DNA of 64,000 bases from Macrostomum hystrix. Its lineage: Eukaryota; Animalia; Platyhelminthes. This document shows positions 1-11,310 of this stretch, piece after piece (position 1 is the first letter of the stretch; each line of letters begins with the position of its first letter). The position numbers and the translations under genes are program-made. The stretch covers positions 1,240,001 to 1,304,000 of the forward strand of contig CATNEN010000015.1 in assembly GCA_950097015.1 (NCBI GenBank), written 5' to 3'. The notes beneath the pieces were generated by a model. It had not been told where the DNA came from and searched no databases. It saw nothing but the letters and a program-made list of their open reading frames with translations.

Positions 1-287
1 CCCAGGATAAAATGTTGCAATTCTATAAAAATCTATTTTTCATGTGCGGCAACTCATTCCAAGTTTCTTTTTTTTAACAAAAAATACTTGGCGCATTTAG
101 TCTGGAGCGGTCCATATAAAAAGCCTTTCTTATTGAAGACCTGGACCAGACTTGCTATCGCAACCACCAATCAGAAATTTCCATTCCCACTACTAGCATA
201 AAGGCAGTTGTCGATTTTCCTCTTTCAGAATTCTGTAGCCCGAGTGTAGCCTGAGATTTCAGCTGTTAGTGAGCTGGAACTTCTAAA

Positions 288-747
288 ATGCCCGTTGAAA
301 GCTCCAGAAAAATATTTTTCGCTGCGACTCTAACCCTGGCCTGTGCGCTCTCAGCAACTGTTGCCAGGCAGTTCCAGCTCACGAGTGTCGGCTGCTTCAT
401 CGACCTGACGACTGGCGGAAGAGACGTCAACGAGCTGAAAGACTTCGGCTTCACCCGGTTTGGCCAAGCCAGCCTGCAGCAGGGAACATACGAGTACTTC
501 CAGTCCAATGTGTCTGTGCGCAGTTCCACAATGACCCACGACCTCTGCGGCAGCGTGTGCGCTCTGGGCGGCTTCCAGTACATTGCGCTGCAGTCCTGGG
601 AGTGGTGTTATTGTGGCAACGTCTATGGCCGGCAGGGCAGCGCTGCCAGCACTGACTGTAATACGGCATGCTTCGGCAATGCAACCCAGAACTGCGGAGC
701 TAACTACAGAAACTTCGTGCTCAAGCTGAACTACATCTGCAGTGACT
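288..747 (+). CDS. Exon 1 of a secreted WSC-domain + PAN/apple-like protein (signal peptide + WSC carbohydrate-binding domain)
   Basis: Hydrophobic leader (IFFAATLTLACALSATVA). WSC-type Cys pattern GCFID...MTHDLCGSVC...YIALQSWEWCYCGN...DCNTACFGNATQNCGA. Phase-1 donor T|GTGAGC at 747/748. Confidence 0.85.
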
Positions 748-840
748 GTGAGCTGCTTCTTTACTGCAAATTTGTACTTTTTAACAAACAAAGCCGGAAG
801 TCTGTTACGATTATGGTTTCAGCAAGCTGATGTGAACATC

Positions 841-1395
841 TGTTGTGAGCTGCGACTCACAATTCCCTTGCACCGACCCCAGAATTCTTTTAGCCTTTCA
901 CCCCAGCCATCTGGGCGATAAATAGAAGACAACAATAGAATCGTTGCGTTTTTCGCTGCTTTGACTCGTTTGACCCCTGCCAGTAAGATACGCGTTTAAC
1001 GATTCATTCATTTCCTGCTCTCTTCATCATACACTTGCTTAACCTTCCCGACCTCAGTGTCCTCTGATTGGACACGAGTGGCCAACCGCTCATCCAAAGA
1101 TCCTCTATCCTTCCGCGTCTGCCCTCGAGTCTGCGAAGTGTCGGTACGCCTCCAGACCGCTACCCACATCACTCTGGTGCTGTTGAGTGGCCGCCTGCTC
1201 AGTCATCCGCGTATCCTTCTCGCAGGGCTAAGCGAGTGTCTGTCCGCTCCTAGCCCCTCATCTCTACCTCGGAGTGTCATTACGCCTCGAGGGTCGCCGC
1301 TCCCCTTCCCTCCTCCACGGCAAGCTCTAGGCAGTCCGGACCCGAACCCCGACTACCCGTCTGCTGTCCGCTCGACGGTAACGGATATTACAGCA
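841..1395. mobile_element. Probable solo LTR (555 bp) in the intron of the WSC-PAN gene
   Basis: Starts TGTTGTGA, ends TTACAGCA (TG...CA, imperfect terminal inverted repeat). Flanked by 4-bp direct repeat CATC at 837-840 and 1396-1399. Confidence 0.55.
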
Positions 1396-1773
1396 CATCT
1401 GTCTATGCAGCAATGCAAATCGAATTGACTATCGTGATCTTTATAGCTAGCTTCGAGTTCACAAATGGTGCTCATTTTTGTTACAACTTGAATTGATGAG
1501 GAAGACTAAGACAGCATCTGATAGTTTGCACTGTATAATGCGCTGCTTGGTGGATGTTATTCCTCCCATCGATCGGCTCTTGTATTTCTTCTTTGAGCTG
1601 AGATGTCTCTATCTACTAAGCTGTAGCTGCACTTGCTACGGAGTCATTGACATTAGACAGTAGACAAAGTTAGGCTTTGTGCCAACTAAATAAATAAAAG
1701 TTCAAAGCCAAAACCACAACAATTTTATTACTGTGCCTGAGTCAATTCCTGAGACTCCTCTGCTCAATCACAG

Positions 1774-1997
1774 GCTTTGTCCTCGGCAACCGCACCCTGG
1801 TCGGCATCAGCAAGCCGAATGCACCGGCCTTCTGGAGTCTCAAAGCTCGTAGACTCACTGAGTGCATCTTTCTCTGCGGTGTCGGCTGCGAGGCGGTGGT
1901 CTTCAACCATGAGCAGGGCCTCTGTCACCTGCTGGAGTTCGCAGTGGTGCCAGCTGCTCTCGACAGCGCCAGCAGCGAGTTCTTCGTCCGCGGCTGA
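1774..1997 (+). CDS. Exon 2 of the WSC-PAN gene (PAN/apple-like domain, stop TGA 1995-1997)
   Basis: Acceptor TCAATCACAG|GC matches the phase of the exon 1 donor. Translation CFVLGNRTLVGISKPNAPAFWSLKARRLTECIFLCGVGCEAVVFNHEQGLCHLLEF... has the PAN-like C-x3-C-x3-C-x4-F/Y-N-x5-C pattern. Not in the ORF track because it has no start codon. Confidence 0.75.
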
Positions 1998-2566
1998 GCC
2001 TGAGGCAAGCTTTTGAGTGCGGTACAAATGCTCGAGCACGAACATTGTGTGTGCACCTAGGATTGTCGGGATCACCAATCATGTCGCGTGTGGTGTCCTT
2101 TAAACTAGTTACTAGAGATATTTAATCTCGTTCTTAACTGTGATTTTGAAACCGAGCAGTGAACTTTAAGAGGCCTAGCAGACTGTGATGAACTAGTGAG
2201 GTTCGCAAGCGAAAGTGTTATTTTTTAAGGCATTGTGCCCGTGGCGCATTCTTTCGCTCCTTTTTGTGTTGCGCCTACCTTCGCCGCGTGCCCCCCGGCT
2301 CTGCACCTTTGGCTGCTCACCTGCTTTGCTCTCTGCACGCGCTTGCCAAAATATTTTTTTCCGCTGTTACTGAGCTCAAAAACCTGCGTTCTCATTTCAT
2401 TTTAATCTTCGACTTACCGTTAAAGCATCATTTTAGCCACTGATTTTCATAACACTGTATGCTATCGTTATCCAAATACATGTCTTGGTGAGGGGATCGC
2501 CCCACTCCTCCCTGCTCGTGCCTTCGCAATTTTTCGCAAGGATAAACACATTGGTTGTCTTTATCA

Positions 2567-2665
2567 AAGCAGATAAGCAGTTGGCTGTCCCTGTGAAAGC
2601 AGATAAGCATATTGGCTGCCCCTGTGAAAGCAGATAAGCATATTGGCTGCCTCTGTGATAAGCAT
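2567..2665. repeat. Short tandem repeat, ~31-bp unit x3
   Basis: GCAGATAAGCATATTGGCTGCCCCTGTGAAA repeated. Confidence 0.8.
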
Positions 2666-3114
2666 ACCTGTCAGATTATTAATCGCAATCACCGACTAAC
2701 AGTATAACTACAAAGGGGTGATTTTGTTCGGCACCCGAACGGAACAAGGCAAGCACACGAAACTCAAGAAAACAGGCCAATTTTTTGCGCATCTTCTAAA
2801 AACAAGAATCAAGTCGCCAGCTCAGATTTTTTAGACAAAGTCAGATTTGTCTCATAATATTTGTATTCACAAATTATCACTGCAGATGTACACGCCTGAG
2901 TGAGCGTGTGCCCCATTGTGCTGCAGGAGGTGCGAGATGGTAGGCAACACCGTGAAGTGCACTGCTGAACCGCCGGATGGCAAATCAACTCCGTCTCTAA
3001 AAATAAACTGCAATATATGAGGAGGAAGAACTGAAGCGACTTTCGCGAAGACCACCGCTGGCACTAGCTCTACAATTTTCCAGAACGGAGTTCTTGCTAC
3101 CAGCTCCTGCGTCC

Positions 3115-3225
3115 TGAGGGAACTGCAGGGCTGAGCGGGGGGAGCTGCAGGACTGAGCGGAGGGAACTGCAGGACTGAGCGGAGGGAACTGCGGGACTGA
3201 GCGGAGGGAACTGCAGGACTGTTGC
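3115..3225 (-). repeat. 22-bp minisatellite, inverted copy (~5 units)
   Basis: Reverse complement of the CAGTCCTGCAGTTCCCTCCGCT unit at 3828-4205. Confidence 0.85.
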
Positions 3226-3827
3226 TGCCGGTCGTCGAGGCATTCACTGACGGCCGGCCGGTCCATTTCCCGAGTACCGGCAGGGCTGTTCACATCGCAG
3301 GCTGTGGCCAAGAGCTGTTCGAAAACTCCACAAAGATGCCTTCCGGCCGTTTCCAGCCATTAGAAAATTATCTAGATTATTGTAAAGCATTGCAAGGCGA
3401 CTCTAAAATAAAAGTTTGCTCCATATTTGACAATGTGCCTTACATATTATAAAGTTCCTTTTTCTACTTAGATTAGTAGCCACTATATTTTTTATTATTC
3501 GAATGTGCTTTTACAATCGATATTATCCAGACTACCTTTTTATGTATTTTAGCACAGATTGCGTCCCGTATTACTGTCCACTGCCAGTACCAGTAGTATT
3601 GCCCGCCTCCTGATTCCGTGGCTTATCTTTCGAAGATTCAAGTAAGAAATAATTAGACAAGTAAATATACAGTGATTTAGACAAAATGGCCAACAGTTAG
3701 TCATATATTTATCAATATCTGCGATTCGGGCCTTCCTCCCACGTGACCAAACTGTCATCTTCTGTGTACTGAAATTATTCACTTCCAGCACCACTTCTTT
3801 ACGCTGACTAACTCCGTCCCAGCAGCA

Positions 3828-4205
3828 GAGCTGCAGTTCCCTCCGCTCAGTCCTGCAGTTCCCTCCGCTCAGTCCTGCAGTTCCCTCCGCTCAGTCCTGC
3901 AGTTCCCTCCGCTCAGTCCTGCAGTTCCCTCCGCTCAGTCCTGCAGTTCCCTCCGCTCAGTCCTGCAGTTCCCTCCGCTCAGTCCTGCAGTTCCCATCGG
4001 CTCAGTCCTGCAGTTCCCTCCGCTCAGTCCTGCAGTTCCCTCCGCTCAGTCCTGCAGTTCCCTCCGCTCAGTCCTGCAGTTCCCTCCGCTCAGTCCTGCA
4101 GTTCCCCTCGGCTCAGTCCTGCAGTTCCCTCCGCTCAGTCCTGCAGTTCCCTCCGCTCAGTCCTGCAGTTCCCTCCGCTCAGTCCTGCAGTTCCTCTCGG
4201 CTCAG
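3828..4205 (+). repeat. 22-bp minisatellite (~17 units)
   Basis: (CAGTCCTGCAGTTCCCTCCGCT)n. Confidence 0.95.
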
Positions 4206-4885
4206 TCTCCTGCTCATCCCCGACCTGGCCGCCGGCCGGCGTTTCCTGGTCGACACTAGCGCAAAGGTGAGTATTTTTCCGGTCTCAGGGGCCGACGCCC
4301 GCACGCACTCACCTGGCCCGCCACTTTTCGGGGCCAACGGCAGCCTGATCCGTACCTTCGGCAGCCAGACGCTCACAATTGACCTTGGCGTCAAGACCTG
4401 TACCTGGCCGTTCATCCTTGCCGAGGTGACCCGGCCGTTGATCGGCGCCGATTTTCTGCGGCATCCTCTTGGTGGACCTGCCGAACCGTCGCTTGCTGGA
4501 CGCTAGCTCGTTGTCCAGTGTCCACCGACATCCGGCTCTTTGCGGGCAAAGACATCCGGTGGCCGACGCTCTGTCCCGTTGCACCGTTGCCTCCGTGCAG
4601 CCGCTGCTTCCTGGTATCGTGCGCAGACTTAAGACGACCCTGCGCTTGCGGACACCGGTCTTAGGCTAGAACGAGTGGCGCTTGGCCCCGGCCTGGAGGT
4701 TCTCTGCGACACAGTAACCGGCCGTCCACGACCGCTCGTGCCCGCCGACTTCCGCCGTGCCGTCTTCGCGACGCCATCCTCAGCCTGGCGCACCCGTCAG
4801 TCTGCAGCAAATGGCGCCTTGTGTCCGAGAAGTTCGTGGCCCGGACTCAAGAGGAACGTCGGCCAGTGGGCACGCAGCTGCATCA
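4206..4885 (+). mobile_element. Internally deleted Ty3/Gypsy pol relic (aspartic protease + integrase zinc-binding fragment)
   Basis: FLVDTSAKVSIFP...GANGSLIRTFG...WPFILAEVTRPLIGADFLRH (retropepsin-like). Later RPLVPADFRRAVF...WPGLKRNVGQWARSC (integrase HHCC region). Frameshifted. Confidence 0.8.
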
Positions 4886-4893
4886 CCATCAAC

Positions 4894-5239
4894 TTTTTAG
4901 GACTTGCTTTTTATCTTCTGGTTAGGTCTTCTGTGTACGCAGTGATATTGTCGGTTTTGTTTTACTCAATGCCTTTGTGTATTTTAACTGTGCGTTCGGA
5001 GACCTGAGAAATGAATTAGCATCATACTACTGCAGTTTGCGGTGAGTAGTAGGATAAGTGTAGCTTATCACCAGCTTTCCTCAGCGCTTTGGCAGCTGGA
5101 TCAGTTTATTGGCAGCATTGGCTTTCTGATAGACTTTGATTACTGATTTTCCACTCTACCTACTGAGCCTCAGTAGCGTGATGCGCGTGATTGTCGGTTT
5201 TAATCAAGACAGTATTAGCGTCGTGAGCAGTCAGTGTGC
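4894..5239 (+). repeat. ~350-bp interspersed repeat, copy A
   Basis: Near-identical to 21154-21502 (TTTTTAGG.CTTGCTTTTTATCTTCTGGTTAGG...GTGAGCAGTCA). Confidence 0.85.
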
Positions 5240-5720
5240 AATTAAATGCTCAGACTAATGAGTTCGAGGTGGCATGAGCAGGCCTTTATTTCAGAAGGGC
5301 AGAGTTCCTTACTCACAGCTAAAGAAGGACTCTCATATGATACAGGTTTCCATTTTATTGGGCTTTCTCACAAGACGTGAGCTACTTCATTGTATTGTTC
5401 GCTAACTTCGGTTTTGAGCTGTCTTCGAAAGTCTTAAATCTCAATAAAACAAACGGATTATTGAGCAGGGTGAGCACAGAGTTAAATATATTTACTCCGA
5501 TCTTACTGAATTAACCATGCAATATAATCAATTCACACGTTTAATTGTGCATTCAGCAAGCTGATTAAATGGGGATTTTTTCTGAATATTATTGCTGCTT
5601 TTATTTCAAATAAGGCTGGTGAATATATTGTTAGAGCACAGTGGAAATTGAGTTGCCACTGGCTGAAGCGGAGAAGTTCAGTTTTCTGCGGTCCATGGCC
5701 GATTCATCAGCTGCTGCTGA

Positions 5721-6172
5721 TCACAGCTCCAGCAGAAGCCGCACTGAGCGGAGAGTCAAAGCCCCGGAGCCTGAGTTCCATATCATGTAGCTCGCGCGTG
5801 TTGTCTGTCCTGAAGGATATAGTCCGTTTGGATAGAAATGGTGGCATTCGTTGAACCACCACCCACCCTTGCCCCAAATATTCGAGCACGATCCGTCAAT
5901 GAAGAGTCCTTCAATTTCGGGTTCCAGGGCTGAGGCTTTGTCGTTGTCGTTGTCGAAAGTGGAGAAGCGCGCTCCTTTGCTCTTCTCCATAGCATCGAAT
6001 TCGACATTGGACCTCTTCCTCAGCATCTCTCGGTACGTCATCTCATATTTGGTGCTGGCGTTTCCCACCTGGAATCCAGCATACTCAGCATGCAGCTCAG
6101 TCCCATTCCACAGCTCCATCTCCACTCTGAGTGTGGTACCGCCAGCGCTCAGCGAGTGGATGGCGGAGAGAC
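5721..6172 (-). CDS. FReD family copy 1, exon 4 (fibrinogen C-terminal domain, C-terminal part)
   Basis: Acceptor CCCGCAG|GT. Translation LSAIHSLS...LRVEMELWNG...YAGFQVG...RFSTFDNDND...CSNIWGKGGWWFNECHHFYPNG follows the FBG consensus. Confidence 0.85.
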
Positions 6173-6866
6173 CTGCGGGATCGGACAGAAGTCAAAGGCG
6201 CTGATGTGAATGGCCAGATTTAGCTGACAATCGATAAACAAATTGTAACACTGCAATAAATTGTAACAAGGTAACACTTGTATTCTCACATCGAAATTCT
6301 ACCAGCTGTCTGATGATCAAATTCATACAATCTGAGTTTTTCTGTTCAACTGGAACAAACCTGTTTTCGAGAAAACTTGTTTTCTAATACAAGTCCCTGA
6401 GAACTCAAAAGTTATTAGATTTAGAGAGTCCATTGAAGATGTACCTATAAGTCAGGTCTAAAGACCCACAGATCCAATTAAGTTTCCTGTGCTCCAGAAA
6501 GCAAAAGGCAACCACCCATCTTCAGCACCCAGTTGCCTCCCCTAAATGCAACAAATGGGCTAGACAATTCTCGCCGCATGGGCAGTCCGTTTCATTATTT
6601 CATCATGAGGTCGACCTCACTAAAAATGGGTCAAACCATCTGGCTTGTCAGCCGATTGCTGCACTCTTCTCCGGACTGTTCTTGCAAGAGATTGATTGTT
6701 GAAATGTGATCGTCTTAATTCACCTTATTGTTTTCAACGCCTCACTTTACCAGTAAGATTGCTTTGTAACTCGCCTCGATTTAAAAGTACATCTTTCCTC
6801 CTCTCGTTCACTTCTGAATGAGATTCAGAGTTTCATTTCCGGAAAAAAACGGATAAATTTACTCAC

Positions 6867-7186
6867 CAATCCAGAAATCTGTTTCGTCGCCGAAACCCGC
6901 CTCATACTCAACCCAGGTGCGTTGGAAACTGACGTTCCCTGTGTACCTCTGCTGGATCTTGATGAAGTACTGGCCAGCCTGGTTCAGACTGAGAAACTTC
7001 GAGGAGCCTTTTAGTAAGACAGAGCGTGGGTTCATATCACAATTGAGCCCAGCCCGCTCACAAACTTCTCCAGTTCGTCTCGTCCGCGGCTCGTCCGCCT
7101 TGGCAAGGCACAGCTGACTCGTCATGGACGTCACCTGCCACCCAATCAGGCAGGACAAGTTAAGTGGCTCGAAGCTCATAGTGGGT
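6867..7186 (-). CDS. FReD family copy 1, exon 3 (linker + FBG N-terminal part)
   Basis: FIKIQQRYTGNVSFQRTWVEYEAGFGDETDFWIG. TTTCAG acceptor and G|GTGAGT donor; 320 nt keeps phase 2 to phase 1. Confidence 0.85.
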
Positions 7187-7253
7187 CTGAAAGAAAACGT
7201 TAAAAACATTTTTTATTTTTACTTTCCAAAAGAAAGTACATCTTTTCACAAAC

Positions 7254-7808
7254 CTCAGCACATGGCATTGTTTCGCGAATCTGCAGAACAACTGAAGCTG
7301 AGCAGTCTTCCAGTCTGCTGACACCCTCAGCGGACCAATTAAGAAGCGAGAACTCAAGGCCGAGCTCACAATGCTCTGAGCACTCCACAGTTTCATGAAG
7401 GTGACCGAGCGAGTAGAGAGATTAGCAAGCTGAGACCTCACAGCTTCCAATGTGGCCTCATCTTCCAGCACCAGATCCAGCTTGAGGTAGTACATGCTAC
7501 TGCTGTTGTCATACATGACTGACTCGCTACCCCAGCTGCTGATGTTGTGGCAGAGCAGAGGCTCGATGAGGAAGTGGCCAATGATGTCGAGTCTCTGGTG
7601 CACTCGAGCAGTGCAGTTCCCGAGGTTGATCGAGCGGATGAACCGCAGCTGACGGCATGCCGGAAGGGAGTATTTCTGTCTCACCTCTTTCAGATCAAAG
7701 AAGGTCTGGTTCTGCAGCATCGGGCGGTAGCTAAGTTGATGGCAGGTGTAATTCACGGTCAGCATCAGGTTATTTAATATCACTGATGGATCTGATCGAA
7801 TTTTTGAT
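7254..7808 (-). CDS. FReD family copy 1, exon 2 (second unknown N-terminal domain)
   Basis: Open 555-nt exon, TTCCGCAG acceptor, AG|GTTTGT donor. Homologous to 18430-18996 and 33806-34372. Confidence 0.8.
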
Positions 7809-7904
7809 CTGCGGAAAAGGTCGTGAGCTCCGATTTGCATTGAAGTGGGGCCAAATCGAATCTGCTCCCTACTTATCTGCACGAGCTTATTACTGGGAAC
7901 TTAC

Positions 7905-8076
7905 GCAAACTCCCCAGTGTCTTCGGCACGTGTACTTTGAAATCGGATGACACCCTTTGATTTGTTAGGGCTCCAAATGAAGCTTTTAACGTTCACTGTG
8001 CCGAAAGTGGTTTCCATGGATGCCTGGATGCTTGAAATGGTCAGGAAGCTCACTGACCTCGGTGACAGGTGCTGAA
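7905..8076 (-). pseudogene. FReD family copy 1, 3' remnant of exon 1 (signal peptide and most of domain 1 missing)
   Basis: HLSPRSVSFLTISSIQASME...FIWSP...GC|GTAAGT matches exon 1 of copies 2 and 4. Homology stops near 8075, next to a minisatellite. Confidence 0.7.
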
Positions 8077-8111
8077 CTAGCATGGCAAAACGGAAATGTA
8101 AGCTTTCATTC

Positions 8112-8490
8112 CACGGCTCAGAGCACCCCACGGTTCAGAACCCTACGGCTCAGAACCCCACGGCTCAGAGCACCCCACGGTTCAGAACCCTACGGCTCAG
8201 AACCCCACGGCTCAGAGCACCCCACGGTTCAGAACCCTACGGCTCAGAGCACCCCACGGTTCAGAACCCTACGGCTCAGAACCCCACGGCTCAGAGCACC
8301 CCACGGTTCAGAACCCTACGGCTCAGAACCCTACGGCTCAGAGCACCCCACGGCTCAGAGCACCCCACGGCTCAGAGCACCCCACGGCTCAGAACACCAC
8401 GGCTCAGAACCCCACTTCTCAGAGCACCCCACGGCTCAGAGCACCCCACGGCTCAGAGCACCCCACGGCTCAGAGCACCCCACGGCTCAG
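8112..8490. repeat. 15/18-bp compound minisatellite
   Basis: CACGGCTCAGAGCACCCC and TACGGCTCAGAACCC units. The ORFs across it are repeat artefacts. Confidence 0.9.
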
Positions 8491-10402
8491 AGCAGATTTT
8501 ATGCTTCTTGGTGACTATAAAAGGCCTGTGCTACGTGCACTCACCTTTCCGTTCTGTTTCAAGAAGTCTATTCCGCTCTCGTTTTCTCAGTTAGTACTGA
8601 GAGAGCGGTGGCGCAGTGTGTGTGAAGCCGCGCGTTGTAATCCCCTGCCTGACCGCAGCAGCCTCACTGACGAAACGTTCCATGTCGGGGAGCGCGGTCT
8701 AGATAGGCACTGGTGGTTGTGCTGAGTACGCGACCTCGACCCCGAGGATCTCGCCGTTTGGCAAAGGAGAGGTACCGATAGGATTTGTCGGACCTTCGCA
8801 GAAACCACAGACCGGCCTCAACTGCAGAGTAGTCGCGGAATTAGGCCAGCTAAGGAATAATTATTGTACTACTTGCTGTTTGGTCATCTACCTCAGTAGT
8901 ATGGGTGAGCAGAACATGGCCGACAGGGCGGAGATAGGAGGTGGGGTAATGCGTTGAGTGGGTGCGCCTATCTTTACACTGGGTACGGCCATAGACTCCT
9001 AAATAATAGCATCTGGAATGGAAGCGGAAAAATATTTTTTAACGCATGGGGCAACTTCTGTTATTTTATGCATGATTATTTAGGAGCAATTATTTAGATG
9101 CTATTGCTTAGGAGTCTATGTTACGGCTAACACAACAGAGATAGGAAGAGAGGCCGGCCTATCTCTTTGCATTTGGGATGATATGAAACTGCCGCATTAG
9201 CACTGCAGAAATACGCGGTAGTATAAAAATGTGAGACTGTGCTCACAGTCTCACCCACCCCACTCCGCTAGTCTATAAGGGTGGGGATTTTTTCTCATTA
9301 AGAGAGGAAAGCTTTGAAAAAAACTATTTCGTCGCGGAAGTTTGAACTGCTAGCATGGATCTTAGCAACATGGATCTTGAAGTACAGGAATACAAAGGCA
9401 ATAGATTCATCAGGAACTCAAGCCTGGAATCCCGGGATGTTTAACTACGCTCCAGCCGTAATTTAGCAATGTACTAGAGTTTAATAGGAATCAAATTCAA
9501 ATGTCTCCTTTGCTTTATTGTTTGGATTATGTGTCTCTACGTTTGATCACAAGACGGACAAAGTCCATGCAATATCCGTTCTTCTTTATATTGGAATGGA
9601 AAATATTTGCTACAATCCGCTCAGCTGGCCAGTTTCTCGAGTGCATCAAAGTTGCAGTCCATTTGAGTCCATTTTGATATGCTCAAAGCGCCAGCCTTTG
9701 CCCAATACAGATTGGGCAGTTCTGCATTCAGCAGGAAATCCTAGCCTTCCAAACTAACAGTGAGCAGAAAGCTGCAGTAATTGAGTGTTGGAACATAACT
9801 TTAAAGAGTAGGATGTGGAAATAGGGGGCCGGTGGCAGAGCGGTCAACGCGTTTGCCTCTCGCACCACGGTCCCTAAGTTTGATTCCACGGCGAGGCCAC
9901 ATTTACGCTCGTATTTAGGGCGCAGCCGCGCAGAGAAGGCGCAATTTACGCCTTTGACGGCCAACCTCCAAGGCACAGTGAAGTGCACACTGTCTGACGA
10001 TGAGAAAGTCAGGGCAGATGCACACACCGAAATGGGCAGAATTGCCTCCTCGCTGGCTGCGGGTCTAGTGTCACGAAATGATGTGCCATTGCCCGCAGCC
10101 CTCCTGCAATTATTATTATTATTATTAAGATGTGGAAATATTTCACTCACAAGAGCACACCCCGATGAATTCTGATAGCCGCCGAGGTGGGTCATTTACG
10201 GCTCATATGAGAAGCTTGACCAGTATTTGCGCATTTTTTAGCAGTTTGGACCGTACTTATGAAGTTTAGAGCCACCTGTGCGGGTGATGTGTCTAAAGTG
10301 TGTAAAAAGTTGTGCAAAAGTTGCTTAACTTTTCAGCGGCTCTCGAGGCTAACGCGGCCTAAAAGTTGGTCATATGTTTTTGATGGCTCAAGTACGTTTA
10401 AA

Positions 10403-10550
10403 AAGTGTCTCAAGTGGCGCAAGCTGCTCAATGGCTGGTCAAGTGTCTCAAGTGGCGCAAGCTGCTCAATGGCTGGTCAAGTGTCTTAAGTGGCGCAAGC
10501 TGCTCAATGGCTGGTCAAGTGTCTCAAGTGGCTCGCACTTCTCAATGGAT
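10403..10550. repeat. 38-bp tandem repeat x3-4
   Basis: AAGTGTCTCAAGTGGCGCAAGCTGCTCAATGGCTGGTC repeated. Confidence 0.85.
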
Positions 10551-10839
10551 GCAAAAGTATCGCAAGTGAGTTTCTGTGAGCTAATATATTTTAATCTACT
10601 TATTGCACGTAACTCTGATATGTAACACTAATATACTTTGCTATAATACCCTGCAAGGTATTTCAGTCTGCGTCATATGACTGGTTCCATGCATGGAACT
10701 ACTCCAAAACGTAGAAGTCGAACCTGCGTACACTGATCGAAGCAACACAGGTACCGAAAATATTATTACTTCAACGTACTGCACATGCATAAAGCTGTTC
10801 GAACAGTGCATAATGTCTGTGACTGTACTTAAAAGTAAT

Positions 10840-11310
10840 CCTAACTATTCGAAGCTGTTCCAAGCTACCCCATATGTATTCAACTGTACGCGAAGCGATG
10901 CGAAACTATTCGAAGCTACCCAATGTGTATTCAAGTGTACTCGAAACTATTCGAAGCTACTCAATGTGTATTCAAGTGTACTCGAAACTATTCGAAGCTA
11001 CTCAATGTGTATTCAAGTGTACTCGAAACTATTCGAAGCTACTCAATGTGTATTCAAGTGTACTCGAAACTATTCGAAACTATTCGAAGCTACCCAATGT
11101 GTATTCATGTGTACTCGAAACTATTCGAAGCTACCCAATGTGTATTCAAGTGTACTCGAAACTATTCGAAGCTACCCAATGTGTATTCAAGTGTACTCGA
11201 AACTATTCGAAACTATTTGAAGCTACCCAATGTGTATTCAAGTGTACTCGAAACTATTCGAAGCTACCCAATGTGTATTCAAGTGTACTCGAAACTATTC
11301 GAAGCTACTG
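10840..11310. repeat. 41-bp minisatellite (~11 units)
   Basis: TATTCGAAGCTACTCAATGTGTATTCAAGTGTACTCGAAAC repeated, with occasional extra TATTCGAAAC. Confidence 0.9.

Noticed and set aside
1764-2078. Minus-strand 104-aa ORF and plus-strand 1777-2016 ORF
   Set aside because: Shadow frames of the real PAN-like exon 1774-1997.
8020-8594. ORFs of 164-170 aa rich in SEP/TAQ/RLR repeats
   Set aside because: Translations of the 15/18-bp minisatellite.
8580-8830. GC-rich segment as a possible missing 5' exon of FReD copy 1
   Set aside because: No frame resembles the signal peptide or domain A1.
9728-10195. 155-aa minus-strand ORF
   Set aside because: No recognisable domain, contains a microsatellite-derived poly-Asn, and has no convincing splice context.
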